A stretch of 64,000 nucleotides of DNA from Puccinia triticina (Eukaryota): contig CP110439.1 in assembly GCA_026914245.1 (NCBI GenBank), forward strand, positions 4,526,001-4,590,000, written 5' to 3'. Below, in pieces: positions 39,278-50,577 of the stretch; the first letter of the stretch is position 1, and the number at the start of each line of letters is the position of its first letter. A program made the translations under genes and the position numbers. The notes under the pieces are model-generated. The model did no database searches and was not told the origin of the DNA. It saw only the letters and a list, made by a program, of their open reading frames with translations.

Positions 39278-41187
39278 GCAGTATTTAACTGCCTTTCAAT
39301 AGCGGGATTCAAAGTAGACCCGCGCATGCCACTTGCAAGGCAAGGCAAGCCGGCGTTCAACTCAAATGTTGAATGTCGGCTTGCAGTCTCCCTGCAAAAC
39401 TGGGTTATGCAAAGTGACCTGCATGCACGTGCGGGTCTACTTTGAAACCCCCTAATATATTGAAACAGCTTTTGATACAAAGCCACATGTATTTACAAAA
39501 AAAAAATCTCTCAATATGGTCCGCTTTTCTTGGTGTTTGAAAACTTCAAATGCAAGGATCAGGCCTTATATTGGCAGCTACAAGGCCTAAATTGCATCAG
39601 AAAAAGCGCACTCCCGAGCACTTCTTAAGTCCTGAGGGGCAGCCTCAGCGGGCTGACAGTTGATTTACAAAAAAGGAAAAAGTGAAAAAAAGCCTGATAC
39701 AGGCTGATCTTCCTGGGGCTCTCAGGCCAGATACAGGTTTTTGCAGGTAAGCCTCTCTGTGAGACAGAGACCCTGCGGGGCTGCCTCACTGGGAGGCTTT
39801 GTTAAGCTCGAGGCCAGCCCCATTCTTGAAAATGTCCAAAGAACGCACCACGGGACACCGGATGCAAAAGGTGAACGACAGCTTGTCAAGACACACACGA
39901 TTTTCGGCCTCATATCCCTCCGACAGACCATCGATCGAAACATCCTATCAAAAAAATGAAACCTTCCAATTCCGGTCAAGCTCACGGAAGCTCCTCTTCC
40001 ACACATCTTTTTTTCCGCTAATCGCGCTGTAGCGCAGGACTGTAGCGGCGCGCTAACGCTAACAAAGAATTGGCGCGCTGTCAGCGCCGCTGAAAATTTG
40101 CGCAGCGTAGCGGCGCTAACAGCGCGCTAACGCTATTCAAAATTGGCGGTAGCGTAGCGGCCCACCGTTGGTTCAAGGGAAGAAGGTCCACAGAGGCAAT
40201 TGAATACTCTGGGTGGCAGCTATAGGCTAGGCCTGTTTAGGAATTCGCCGATGATGTGGTGGATTCTTTGAGCACTCAGTGAGGAGGAGATAACCTCGAG
40301 CCATCCAGGGCTACAGTGGAAGGAAAAAAAAACATGAAAAGGCAATTTGGTCTCACACAAGGACGGTGGGACTCATCTATCTTTGACGGTACATACCACT
40401 TGCGAACATAAAGGGGTTTGTTCAGTTAAGATAAATCCACGTTTACATGATGCCTGATGGTATCTCAGATCTGTCAAGAGAAAGACCCGGTCTTCTGAAA
40501 AGCCAGTGCTCACAAGAGGTACATGCAAACAAGCTGTTTTTTGTGAAGGAATTCAACCAGAGACTATGTATGATGATTTGTTGTACAACGATAACAAAGA
40601 AAGGGAGGCATGTATCTATCTATGCATTCTATTCAAAAAAAGTGTAGAAAGGGAAAGATGATTGCAAACAGCATGAATGATTTGCTATAACGACAGATCA
40701 GAGTCAGGAGGGAGGGAAACTACAGTACACATGTTGCAGCAAGCATTTGACCAATTCAACACCAGCGGCTAAGAAACTTATTCTATCGATGAACAACAGG
40801 GGGGAAGGTCTTGCTACACGGCTGGATTGACAGGATCGTGGATTTAAACTGGTAGGAAGAGATCGATATCCGAATATCGAAAGTTTGCTCTCGAAGATTA
40901 TGAACAAATGATTAGCTTGTACAATTATGTAGTCGATAAAAAGTGAAAGAAAATGAACACAAAAAGAAGATATGAGGATTGGTGGAGTGGGATAGTGGTG
41001 AACTCTATTGGACCTCGGCTGGCGTGGACTCTATACACGTGATTGTTTTAAGATGAAAAGAGACGAGAGGACAATAATCTGAGTTATGACGATAGCCAGC
41101 CTGATTGATAATGAAACAAAGGACCATATCCTTCACTTCTTACCTATTAAATAAAGATTTGTATCAGATAAATAACGCCAGAACTAT

Positions 41188-44100
41188 TCAGCGTTTCTTT
41201 TCCCATTCGGCGGCTCCTTCGGTCTCCTGTCTTTGACTCTCAGTCACTGGGATAGCCCCTTCGTCGGTTTCGTTGACGCCTTGCAATCTTTCCTGTTGGA
41301 TTTCTTCAATCTCCTCATCGATTCCGATCTCCGATGCATCGTCCAGCTCCAACCTTGAGCGACAAGGACCCACAAGAAAGCGTGGTGTAAGCCCATCACG
41401 CTATGAACAGAAATTGTTTGTTTCTTGAGAAGACATTAATGAACGTACGGTTCTCGAGTTAAGAGGGGCTTGATGAGTTTTGAAAAGTAGGGATGCACGG
41501 GCGGGAGTGGGTTTGCCGCTCGGACTGCATTGAAGTAAGCAGAGTAAACGTCGCCATCATATCTGCCGAAAGGACTATTGATGATATGGTCGGAATATCG
41601 GAACGCGCTGAAAAAGGAGAAGGGCAGGGTTCTGAATTAGCCATGGTTTTTGCCGTTTACATCTACCAAGCTTTTATCATTGCCACACGTACTCGACCAA
41701 TGAAACGGCATAGCTTCGCACTTCAGCGCAAAGTCGAGTCACGGTCTCTGAGACAATATCCATCTGCTTGGGAGTGTAGAAACCATACTTGAGGAAGTAG
41801 GCTGCATTTTCCTCAATCCTTGAAGATTCGATAATCGACGGTCAGTGGTCAGGCTCGGCATTATGATTGATCAGGCCAACCGAATTACAACCCATGAAAA
41901 ATGGACTAACTGAAAAGATCCGTATAACTGGCAAATCGTGTGGAGGGTCTTGAGCGTTCGAGGCTCTTCCTCAGCGACAGAATCCAGGGCATCACGAAAC
42001 TGACGGAAAATATAACCCATTGTATGGATCTTTGCCGCACAAAACCGTTCGTGGGCGCATCCCTCCATCGCCACATCTTTACCTAAGCCCTGCTTCATTT
42101 TGCTCTCGTAGACATCAGCAGCCTTCTTGACGACGTTGGCCGCAATAGCCCCCCAAGCGGTGTCCATTGTATCCAAGTCAACGACTACTTCGTCGGATCG
42201 GCAGCGCGCTTTCAAGATTGATTTGTCGTTGAGATACGCTGTACCAGTCGAAAGCTTTTTCCCTTTCTGGGCATCTTGATATGCAGAAATCAGGGATCTT
42301 CCCGCTTGTAAAGATAAGATGGTGTTGTCACCTTCCCATGTACCTTGAGAATAAAACAGGTGTTGACGCCATCAGAGTCGCAGGGAGACAAGAAAAATGA
42401 AAAGCACCATACGACATACATTGAACGGCTTGATCAGCATACATAGATGACAATCCAGCATAGGCAGAGTAACCATGACCACCGAGCGATTGTCTGCATT
42501 TGTCGATTGTCTCAAGGCACTGCCAAGTGGAAAATGCTTTGAGGCCCGCGGACGAAGCATGGACCTCTTTTAAAGTTTCGAGTACTTTGTCGTTTTGCTC
42601 CTTATCTGATGATGCGTCGAAAGATTCTAATTCCATTGAAAGCTTTTCGTATAGGTCTGTCATTCTCAAGGCAGTAAAGCCCTTATTGATCGAAGCCCGA
42701 AGATAAGCATTAGGGCGTGTTGACATGCGTCACCTCAGAAAAAGAAGAAGAAAAGACGGACCATGGCAATAGCTTGAGCTACCAGAGGCATCAATCGACG
42801 CTGATGAGTCGTGTAATCTAACAGTTGCGTCTCGAATGGATTGTTGCCGGTCTTGAACTGTCGACGAATTGCTCCGTAGCGAACGGCGATGGTTAAAGCC
42901 TTTTTGGCGACATTCGCGCCATCAGCTACCATGGCTGTGCGCCCCTGAAGAAGGGCACCATAGCTGGAGGGGAAGGGGGAACACATTAGTTGGATTTACT
43001 TTTAATGACAAGGGTCAAAATCATTGCATACGTTAACTGCGCCAAAGGGGGTTCGAAGACTTTGCCTTCTCGAGTGACTTGAGTATGTTTCATGAGCATG
43101 TACGCACGAGGGATGCGGACATTTGTGAATTGAATATAGCCGTTGTCTGGAGCAACGAAAGGTGACTAGAAGTCAGTTTACGTGATGAGTGGATGGGTTG
43201 CTTCAACATGAACCCACCAATTCCATCTCTGCCCATTTTCTTGCCGATATCACCAATGTTTATTCCAGGTAGGAGTGAAAAGTTGCGAGGATCTCTCAGA
43301 GGGACAATAAAGGTTTTAGTCCCGTAGTCGTTTCCTTTGACAATCAACCGAGCGAAAGCTGAGCAATGAGTAGCCGTTTGAGCAGCCCCACCGATCCACC
43401 ACTGGCGCAAAAAGGAGAAAGCGTAAAGTTGAGCAAGCCTGTACCGCTATGCATGCTACCGAGAGGTAATGACCAACCTTGGTAGCAGAAATAGTGGGAG
43501 TATGGATAACGAATTCATCGGCCTGCTGGTCGAATGTAGCAGTAGTTTCTAAACCCGCGACATTGGAGCCCTAGGAAAGCAAGGGTCAGCATTTCTGATC
43601 AAATACTACTTTCACAAAAGAAAGAAGAAGAAAATCCCCGGGAGAAGGTTATGAAGACCAACATGGGCCAGTTCAGTCATTGCAAAACAACCGGTGATGC
43701 CATTTAGACCCAACACGCCCTTATCTAGCCAGTAGCTAAATTGGTTTGCAGTGGCACCTGATCGGATGGCACCCAAGAATAATCCGTAGTGAACTCCAAA
43801 TCTAGTCCAAAAGGCTGGGTCAGCAATACCAATCAATTCCATCCTGTCCAATTTTGGTAATCAAAAGACGGGATCAGTCAATTAATAGTACACATAAAGG
43901 ATCGGGATTGTATGCAGACTGGTTTGCCTTAACTTACCGTTTCGTAAACACATCTAATCTCTCAGTGGTCACGTAATGTACCATGTTGGCAAACTTGGCC
44001 ATCGTTCTTTCTCTTATCTAGAGCAAATATGTATGAATTAACCATAATTTCTGCTACCAGGCCAAGCATGCGTTGGTTATAATGAGGCAACGTATACACA

Positions 44101-44406
44101 CCTGGTCCTTCGTGAGGTCATGGATGTCATCGAGCTTAAAAGCTGGATCACGTTCAATTTCTTGCATGAACTTATCCTTAAGCAGCACCAACTTTTCCCC
44201 ACCGTGTAAGACACATGTCATCCTAGACAGATAAGATGATCAGCAGACCCGTTCCAACCAGACCAAAAAGGGGATTCCTCTCACCTCCATAAATCAAAGG
44301 GACATTCGCGACGTTCGTTGGCCAGGGTTTCCATCGGACTGGGTGCGGTCTTGAGATGTGTGGAAGAGGAGCTTCCGTGAGCTTGACCGGAATTGGAAGG
44401 TTTCAT
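41188..44406 (-). CDS. POX1: Peroxisomal acyl-CoA oxidase, multi-exon
   Basis: Motifs [75 protein letters not shown] and [11 protein letters not shown] across GT-AG introns. Start MKPSNSGQ at 44406, stop at 41188. Confidence 0.95.
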
Positions 44407-44746
44407 TTTTTTGATAGGATGTTTCGATCGATGGTCTGTTGGAGGGATATGAGCCCGAAAATCGTGTGTGTCTTGACAAGCTGTCGTTCACCTTTCGCAT
44501 CGGGTGTCCCGTGGTGCGTTCTTTGGAGATTTTCGAGAGTGGGGCTGGCCTCGGCTGGTTTGGTTTGCAGATCGAAACCGATCTGACATCATAACCCCCG
44601 AAATGGACACTCCTGCCGGGTTCGCACCGATTGGGGTACACCCGGATGAACGGGTACCACAAAAAAAATACAGCCTTTTTCCAACTTGTTTCAAGTCCCC
44701 CCTGGTTGACTTCCCGAGCTTAAGAGCATCCACCACCGTCTAGGTA

Positions 44747-45120
44747 CAGCAAAAGCGAAAAAGCTTGCGGGTGCGGGAGGCCAAAAATTGCCTGCTGCAT
44801 TTCAGCCACACAACTGTACAGCGGAGCTGTACAGGATGTCACATCGCCTCCGGGCGACTGGTTGAGCTTGATTTGCGTGTCGGGCCGACTGTTGGGTGGG
44901 GCAGATAGTCCTGGCGAAGGGGCCGATGAGGGTAAAATTGCACCAGGATTCCAATGGTGCAACCCTCAATACCCCAATGTTGATAAAGAAGGAAATAGCA
45001 TTTTTCTTCCAATGATATTCCTGTATGCAGCTTGACATACAGGACCTATACAGGCTTGAAGGGCAGTGGCTAGATTCCAAAATTGGGCCTGCCGGACCGC
45101 AAGCTTTTTTGCTTTTGCTG
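44747..45120. mobile_element. Tc1/mariner-type MITE in the acyl-CoA oxidase upstream region
   Basis: TIRs cagcaaaagcgaaaaagcttgcgg / ccgcaagcttttttgcttttgctg, TA TSD. Confidence 0.8.
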
Positions 45121-45974
45121 TAAATATTTAGGTAGCCAGCGAGTCCCGGGAGGCTCGGTTGCTTAGCTAAAGAAATAATCCACCCTCGCCAGCCGGTATC
45201 GGCTCGATACGCAACATGGATTTAGATAACGACACCAACTAGCAGCAACTCCACTCTCCTGTATATGTATGTACATACATACACCCCTCGGTAAGTAACA
45301 CAACACCGCTGATGGCGCCCTACCATTAATGGCCAGTCATTCTAGGATGGAAAATGACTGGCCATCCTATCAATGGTCTGACCAGTCATACATATTGGTG
45401 GCCAGTTGATTTATCGACTGACCGGGCACACTATTGGTGACTGGTATTCTATTGACTGACCGGTCATACTATTGGTGACTGGTATTTATGGTATTCAAAA
45501 TTGCATAAGATTTTTTTACATAAAATCATAAACTGCAATTTTGGCTGGGAGATGTCACTTTAAGTTTTATGCACACTGACATCTCCCAGCCAAAATTGGC
45601 TTTATGATTTTATGTAAACAGTGGCATATGCAATTTTGAATACCATAATTCTATTGACTGACCGGTCATACTATTGGTGACCGGTCATACCACCAATGAC
45701 TGGTCATCCAATTGAATGACCGGCCATCCAATCATATGACCAGCCATCAAATCATATGACCAATCATCCAGTCAACTGACCAGTTATCCAATCAAATGAC
45801 CCGTCATCCAGTCGACTGACCAGTCATCCAATTGAATGACTGGCCATCAAATTGTATGACTGGTCATCCAGTTGACTTACCGGTCATCCAATTAAATGAA
45901 CAGTCATCTAGTCAAATGAACGGTTGTCCAGTATCCGATTGATGAATGAGATGAATGAATGGTCATTGATAGTA

Positions 45975-46399
45975 CAGCCATTCCAAAAAAGCTTGGATGT
46001 TTTACAGGGAATTTCCTTCTGGATTTTCCAACCTGTGTGTATCCAACAGCAAGTTTTGACAGATGGATATCCATCCCCGCAAGCGCAGTCGCTATTGGCG
46101 GCACCGTTTGGTAGCAAAAAATAATGCAGGCCGCTGGGGGACCAGCACCCTGACACCCAGGTGCGTTCATTGGAATGGCAGTCCAGGGTGAAAATTGGTC
46201 AAGGATTCTGATTCTGGAATCAAAATCTGGGAAAACTAACAGGAAGTCTATGATTGAGCATGCCTGATTTTGATATATGCATCCTGCATATATCAAAGTG
46301 TCCAACCTTGTCACTTTATTGCATACAAGGTTGGAAAATCCCATAGGAAATTCCAGTGGAAATTCCTTCCAAAGCATCCAAGCTTTTTTGGAATTGCTG
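45975..46399. mobile_element. Tc1/mariner-type MITE, copy 2 of the 20168-20605 family
   Basis: Colinear similarity to copy 1; TA flanks. Confidence 0.8.
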
Positions 46400-46760
46400 T
46401 ATGAACATCATTTGACTGGATGACTACTCATTCATCTCATTCATCAATTGGATACTGGAAAACCGGTCATCCAATTGAATCACCAGCCATCCAATTGGAT
46501 GACCGGCCATCAAATCATATTATTGGTCATCCAGTTGACTGACCGGTCATCCAATTGAATGAATGGTCATCTAGTCAAATGACCAGTTGTCCAGTATCCA
46601 ATTGATGAATGAGATGAATGACCGGTCATCCAGTCAAATGACCGGTCATACTATCAATGTCCGTTCAAACGGCAGTCTTATCCAGTATGTGGTGGTCTTA
46701 ATGTTTAAATGGTCAACCTATTGAATGACCAGTCATGACTGGCCGTGATGGTGACTGGAA

Positions 46761-47795
46761 ATCCTATCTGATGACTGGTCATCCTATCTGATGACTGGTC
46801 ATCCTATCTGATGACTGGTCATCCTATCTGATGACTGGTCATCCTATCTGATGACTGGTCATCCTATCTGATGACTGGTCATCCTATCTGATGACTGGTC
46901 ATCCTATCTGATGACTGGTCATCCTATCTGATGACTGGTCATCCTATCTGATGACTAGTCATCCTATCTGATGACTAGTCATCCTATCTGATGACTAGTC
47001 ATCCTATCTGATGACTGGTCATCCTATCTGATGACTGGTCATCCTATCTGATGACTGGTCATCCTATCTGATGACTGGTCATACTATCTGATGACTGGTC
47101 ATACTATCTGATGACTGGTCATACTATCTGATGACTGGTCATCCTATCTGATGACTAGTCATCCTATCTGATGACTAGTCATCCTATCTGATGACTGGTC
47201 ATCCTATCTGATGACTAGTCATCCTATCTGATGACTGGTCATCCTATCTGATTCATCCTATCTGATGACTAGTCATCCTATCTGATGACTGGTCATCCTA
47301 TCTGATGACTGGTCATCCTATCTGATGACTGGTCATCCTATCTGATTCATCCTATCTGATGACTAGTCATCCTATCTGATGACTGGTCATCCTATCTGAT
47401 GACTGGTCATCCTATCTGATGACTGGTCATCCTATCTGATGACTGGTCATCCTATCTGATGACTGGTCATCCTATCTGATGACTGGTCATCCTATCTGAT
47501 GACTGGTCATCCTATCTGATGACTGGTCATACTATCTGATGACTGGTCATACTATCTGATGACTGGTCATCCTATCTGATGACTGGTCATCCTATATGAT
47601 GACTGGTCATCCTATCTGATGACTGGTCATCCTATCTGATGACTGGTCATCCTATCTGATGACTGGTCATCCTATCTGATGACTGGTCATCCTATCTGAT
47701 GACTGGTCATCCTATCTGATGACTGGTCATCCTATCTGATGACTGGTCATCCTATATGATGACTGGTCATCCTATCTGATGACTGTTCATCCTAT
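46761..47795. repeat. 20-bp minisatellite (ATCCTATCTGATGACTGGTC), about 50 copies
   Basis: Direct inspection; variants ctagtc and atactat, plus two truncated units. Confidence 0.97.
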
Positions 47796-48034
47796 CATGA
47801 CCGGTGTGGTGGCCAATATGGTAGTCAGACCAGCTTTTAGTTCTCAATCTCACTGGTGCCCTCATCTACATCAAGCTCAAGACCTCAAGACAGCAAGGTT
47901 TCCCCCCCCTTTTTTTTCTTTCTCTGTATCCTGTTTCCCTCTCTCCTTCTTCTTTCTTGGTCCTAACACAGAGTTGTCTGTGGGTTTATTTCTTTTTTTT
48001 GTGTTGTTTCTGATTTTCTTCCCCTGCTCTCTTC

Positions 48035-48334
48035 TCTGTCTCTGGTTTCGTTTCTTTCCTCTCATCTCTCAGATTGTGGCTCTCTTTCCTTTTCCTTAGC
48101 TCTTCTTCAGTTTCATTTCTGGTTTCCTCCTTCTGAACTTTTGTTTTGTTTTGTTTTGTTTTCCTCTCTTTCCCTCTTCCTCTCTTGTGTTTGGTTTGGT
48201 TGTGTAGTGCGCGCGCATGGCGCATGAGGAGATGATGACATGCTTCTGACAAGCCTCCAGGAATCCAAGTTCCTGGCAAGCTTGGAGGATTGGAGGCCAT
48301 AGCATCCTGTTCTGATCCAAGTCAGGGGTTATCA
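48035..48334. repeat. LTR-like segment repeated at 63137-63424
   Basis: Both copies align and diverge just after gtcaggggttatca. Confidence 0.7.
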
Positions 48335-48602
48335 AAATCAAGATTTTTTTTTTCTGAGTCAAGAGTCCCAAGATTCTGAATCCCAGAATCCATTCATCCT
48401 TCAAGAGTCCTATCAACAAACCCAACCGCTGCCAAGGATCCAAACCCTGGCAAAAAAAATTCTCAAAACCACTTCCCCCCCAGCTATCACCTTGAATCCG
48501 TGCGACTCATCCGGACCATCCAAGAGGGCAGCTCCCAGATCAGCACCTATTCCCCTCCCCGCGCTGCCGCCGGCCTAGCACCAAGCAGAGCTCCATATTT
48601 TT

Positions 48603-48650
48603 TCCCCCGCTCCCGGATCAAACCAGCGACCTCAAGATTTACAGTCTTGC
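48603..48650 (-). pseudogene. Intronless 3' portion of tRNA-Tyr(GTA)
   Basis: Minus strand gCAAGA-CTGTAAA-TCTTG-aggtc-gctgg-tttgatc-cggg-agcggggga gives an anticodon arm, variable loop, degenerate T arm and 3' acceptor strand. Confidence 0.75.
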
Positions 48651-49318
48651 ACTGTGGTTTTGAGGCGTTGGCGGTTATAAATTTCTTTTTTTTCCTTCTT
48701 CTCTTGGTTCCCATCCGTTCAAATCTCAGAATCCTAGCGGAACCGGCTATGATTTCCTTCCAAATCAATTCTTGAGCATTCGCGAAACAAGACGCGGAGT
48801 ACTTTGAGGCACCAACAGTGCCTCAGAGTACATCCCATCCATTCATTGCTGTTGATCTCGTTTCAGGATTTGGTCTAGTCCCCGTTTTCAGGATCAAGAC
48901 GTTTCTGGTCCTTGATCCTTCTTTCTTTTATTTTTTAGAGTGTTCAGCAGCGGGGCATAGGAGAGCTATAAGCAAGTCCCCTCCATAGTGCCCCTCCAGG
49001 TTTCTCTACACACGTTGTCAAAGCATCACTTTAGCCACTCTTGCGAGCCCCTCGGATCCGCGGTCTCCTCTTTAGGTCCTGTTTGGTCGAGTTTGGTCAA
49101 GGCAGACCATATCTTCCCAGCTCAGATGGTTGAAATCATACCTCAAGATCAAGATCTCGCGTTTGACGGTACCAATGTCAAGGAATTTCTCAAATCTTAT
49201 CAGATGGCGGCCCAAGCCAATGGAGCCTTGGAATATGATATGGCTCAGCAGGTTTGTTTCTTCCTTCACACAAAAGAGTTGATGGATGTGGTTGCAACCC
49301 TGGATGGCTTCGAGGATC

Positions 49319-49501
49319 TGTTGGAATATATGCTTCAAGCCCCATTTGAGTGGCCAAGCTATATGATCTAATATCCAAAAATCACCAGTAAGACCAACTG
49401 TGTGTTTAGCTCAGTGGTATAAGAGCAGCTCTCATGAATGTAGAAGGTCGTGGGTTCAAATCCCACAACACACAATTCTCTTCTCCTGAGTAATTTCAAC
49501 A
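49319..49501 (+). mobile_element. 183-bp solo LTR containing a tRNA-like sequence
   Basis: tgttggaa...ttcaaca termini; perfect 5-bp TSD ggatc; host reading frame is restored on removal. Confidence 0.88.
49400..49474 (+). ncRNA. tRNA-like sequence inside LTR, anticodon arm defective
   Basis: Acceptor stem GTGTGTT/AACACAC, D stem GCTC/GAGC, T arm GTGGG-TTCAAAT-CCCAC; A and B boxes intact. Confidence 0.8.
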
Positions 49502-49615
49502 GGATCATGATTGGAGCAAGCTCAAGGCATTTATGCTCGCCTACTGGGCACCGGTTGACACAGCTCAGTTCACCCTTCAGCATTTGGAAGACTTGATGCG
49601 GTACTGGTTGGTTGT

Positions 49616-49788
49616 GGTGTTCAAAATTGATTTTCAAACCACTTTCTACATAAAATCATAAGATCTACATGTCCAAACTTTTGATGGGGTGAAAGTTGAG
49701 GGTTCTCTTCATTTCAAGGGCCTCTCAAAACTTTGATAAATCTTATGATTTTATGTAAAATGATATTCAAAAATCAATTTTGAACACC
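49616..49788. mobile_element. Small MITE
   Basis: TIRs ggtgttcaaaattgatttt / aaaatcaattttgaacacc; a related palindrome lies at ~45488-45648. Confidence 0.6.
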
Positions 49789-50355
49789 TTAGGTGAAGGA
49801 AGGGATCTCTCCTGCCAAAGATTATCCTTACTTTTGCCTATCTTTTGAACCAATCGCCTACTATCTACTCAGGGATCAAGATGTGGATGAAGAAGAAATT
49901 CAAAAACTGGGTTATCAAGCCTTTTGCTCGGCTTATTGACTCTCCTTGCTCAGCTCATCCAGTTCATTGGGAGTGATTGATTGACCGGCAATAACAGTTC
50001 AGACTACTCATTTGGAGCCCCCTTCAACCCGGTTCGCGGACGGCTTGCCCAAGACATCCCTGGAATTTGATAAAGAAGATTGGGACATGGAGTCGGATTC
50101 CTCTGATGAGTCAAATGAAGAGCCAAGTCGCGCCTTTTCCCAGCCCCCACAACCGTTGAATGCAAGTTGCAGAAGCCGCCAACTATTTGATCCTCCCGCC
50201 GTTGTCGCATCCAAGCCTCTTGCTAGAGCTGAACCAGAAGAGAGATGTACAGGCGTTGAGTCGGAGCCTTTTGATCCATTGAATGAAGGGCTGAGTTACG
50301 CTGATCCTGCCAGAGAATTTCCTGAAGATTCTGAGTCCTTTGAATCTCTCCCGGT

Positions 50356-50577
50356 TGTTGAGTTGTCTGTTAGTCTGCTACCATGATTTATCACCACAGT
50401 ATGGAGGGCTGTTGGATTGACCCATGAGCACTACCAACCAACCATCCAGCTGGCAGCCACAAGCGTCTGTAGCCTAGTTGGTAAAGGCAGCACTCTAGCT
50501 AGTAGTATGTGTCTCAGCATAGCTGAGGTCGTGAGTTCAACTCTCACCAGACACATCTTCATTTTACAGTCTCTACA
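50356..50577 (+). mobile_element. 222-bp solo LTR containing a tRNA-like sequence
   Basis: tgttgag...ctctaca termini; perfect 5-bp TSD ccggt; host reading frame is restored on removal. Confidence 0.85.
50463..50555 (+). ncRNA. tRNA-like sequence inside LTR, expanded anticodon region
   Basis: Acceptor GCGTCTG/CAGACAC, D stem GCCT/AGGC, T arm GTGAG-TTCAACT-CTCAC, followed by TTTT. Confidence 0.78.

Larger units (their letters stand above)
36207..39809. mobile_element. TIR element with 11-bp TSD hosting an LTR element
   Basis: Flanks aaggccagccc / gaggccagccc; imperfect ends gaacttagcacaag / ctttgttaagctc. Confidence 0.65.
33247..40170. mobile_element. Pack-type TIR element carrying a captured acyl-CoA oxidase 5' fragment plus nested insertions
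   Basis: TIRs caacagtgggcc / ggcccaccgttg; perfect 7-bp TSD gttcaag (33240-33246, 40171-40177). Confidence 0.85.

Noticed and set aside
39722..40032. Second acyl-CoA oxidase gene
   Set aside because: Only about 17 codons plus upstream DNA are duplicated; this is transposon cargo.
46761..47795. Telomere or CRISPR array
   Set aside because: The unit is not TTAGGG-like, is internal and lacks spacers; it is a minisatellite.
48705..48720. tggttcccatccg as a tRNA PBS
   Set aside because: No demonstrable LTR end lies immediately upstream, and it does not match either LTR-borne tRNA-like 3' end.
49400..50555. Functional decoding tRNA genes, or tRNAs lying within introns
   Set aside because: The anticodon arms do not form canonical stems. 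The apparent GT-AG borders are better explained by TG...CA LTR ends with perfect TSDs that restore the host frame.
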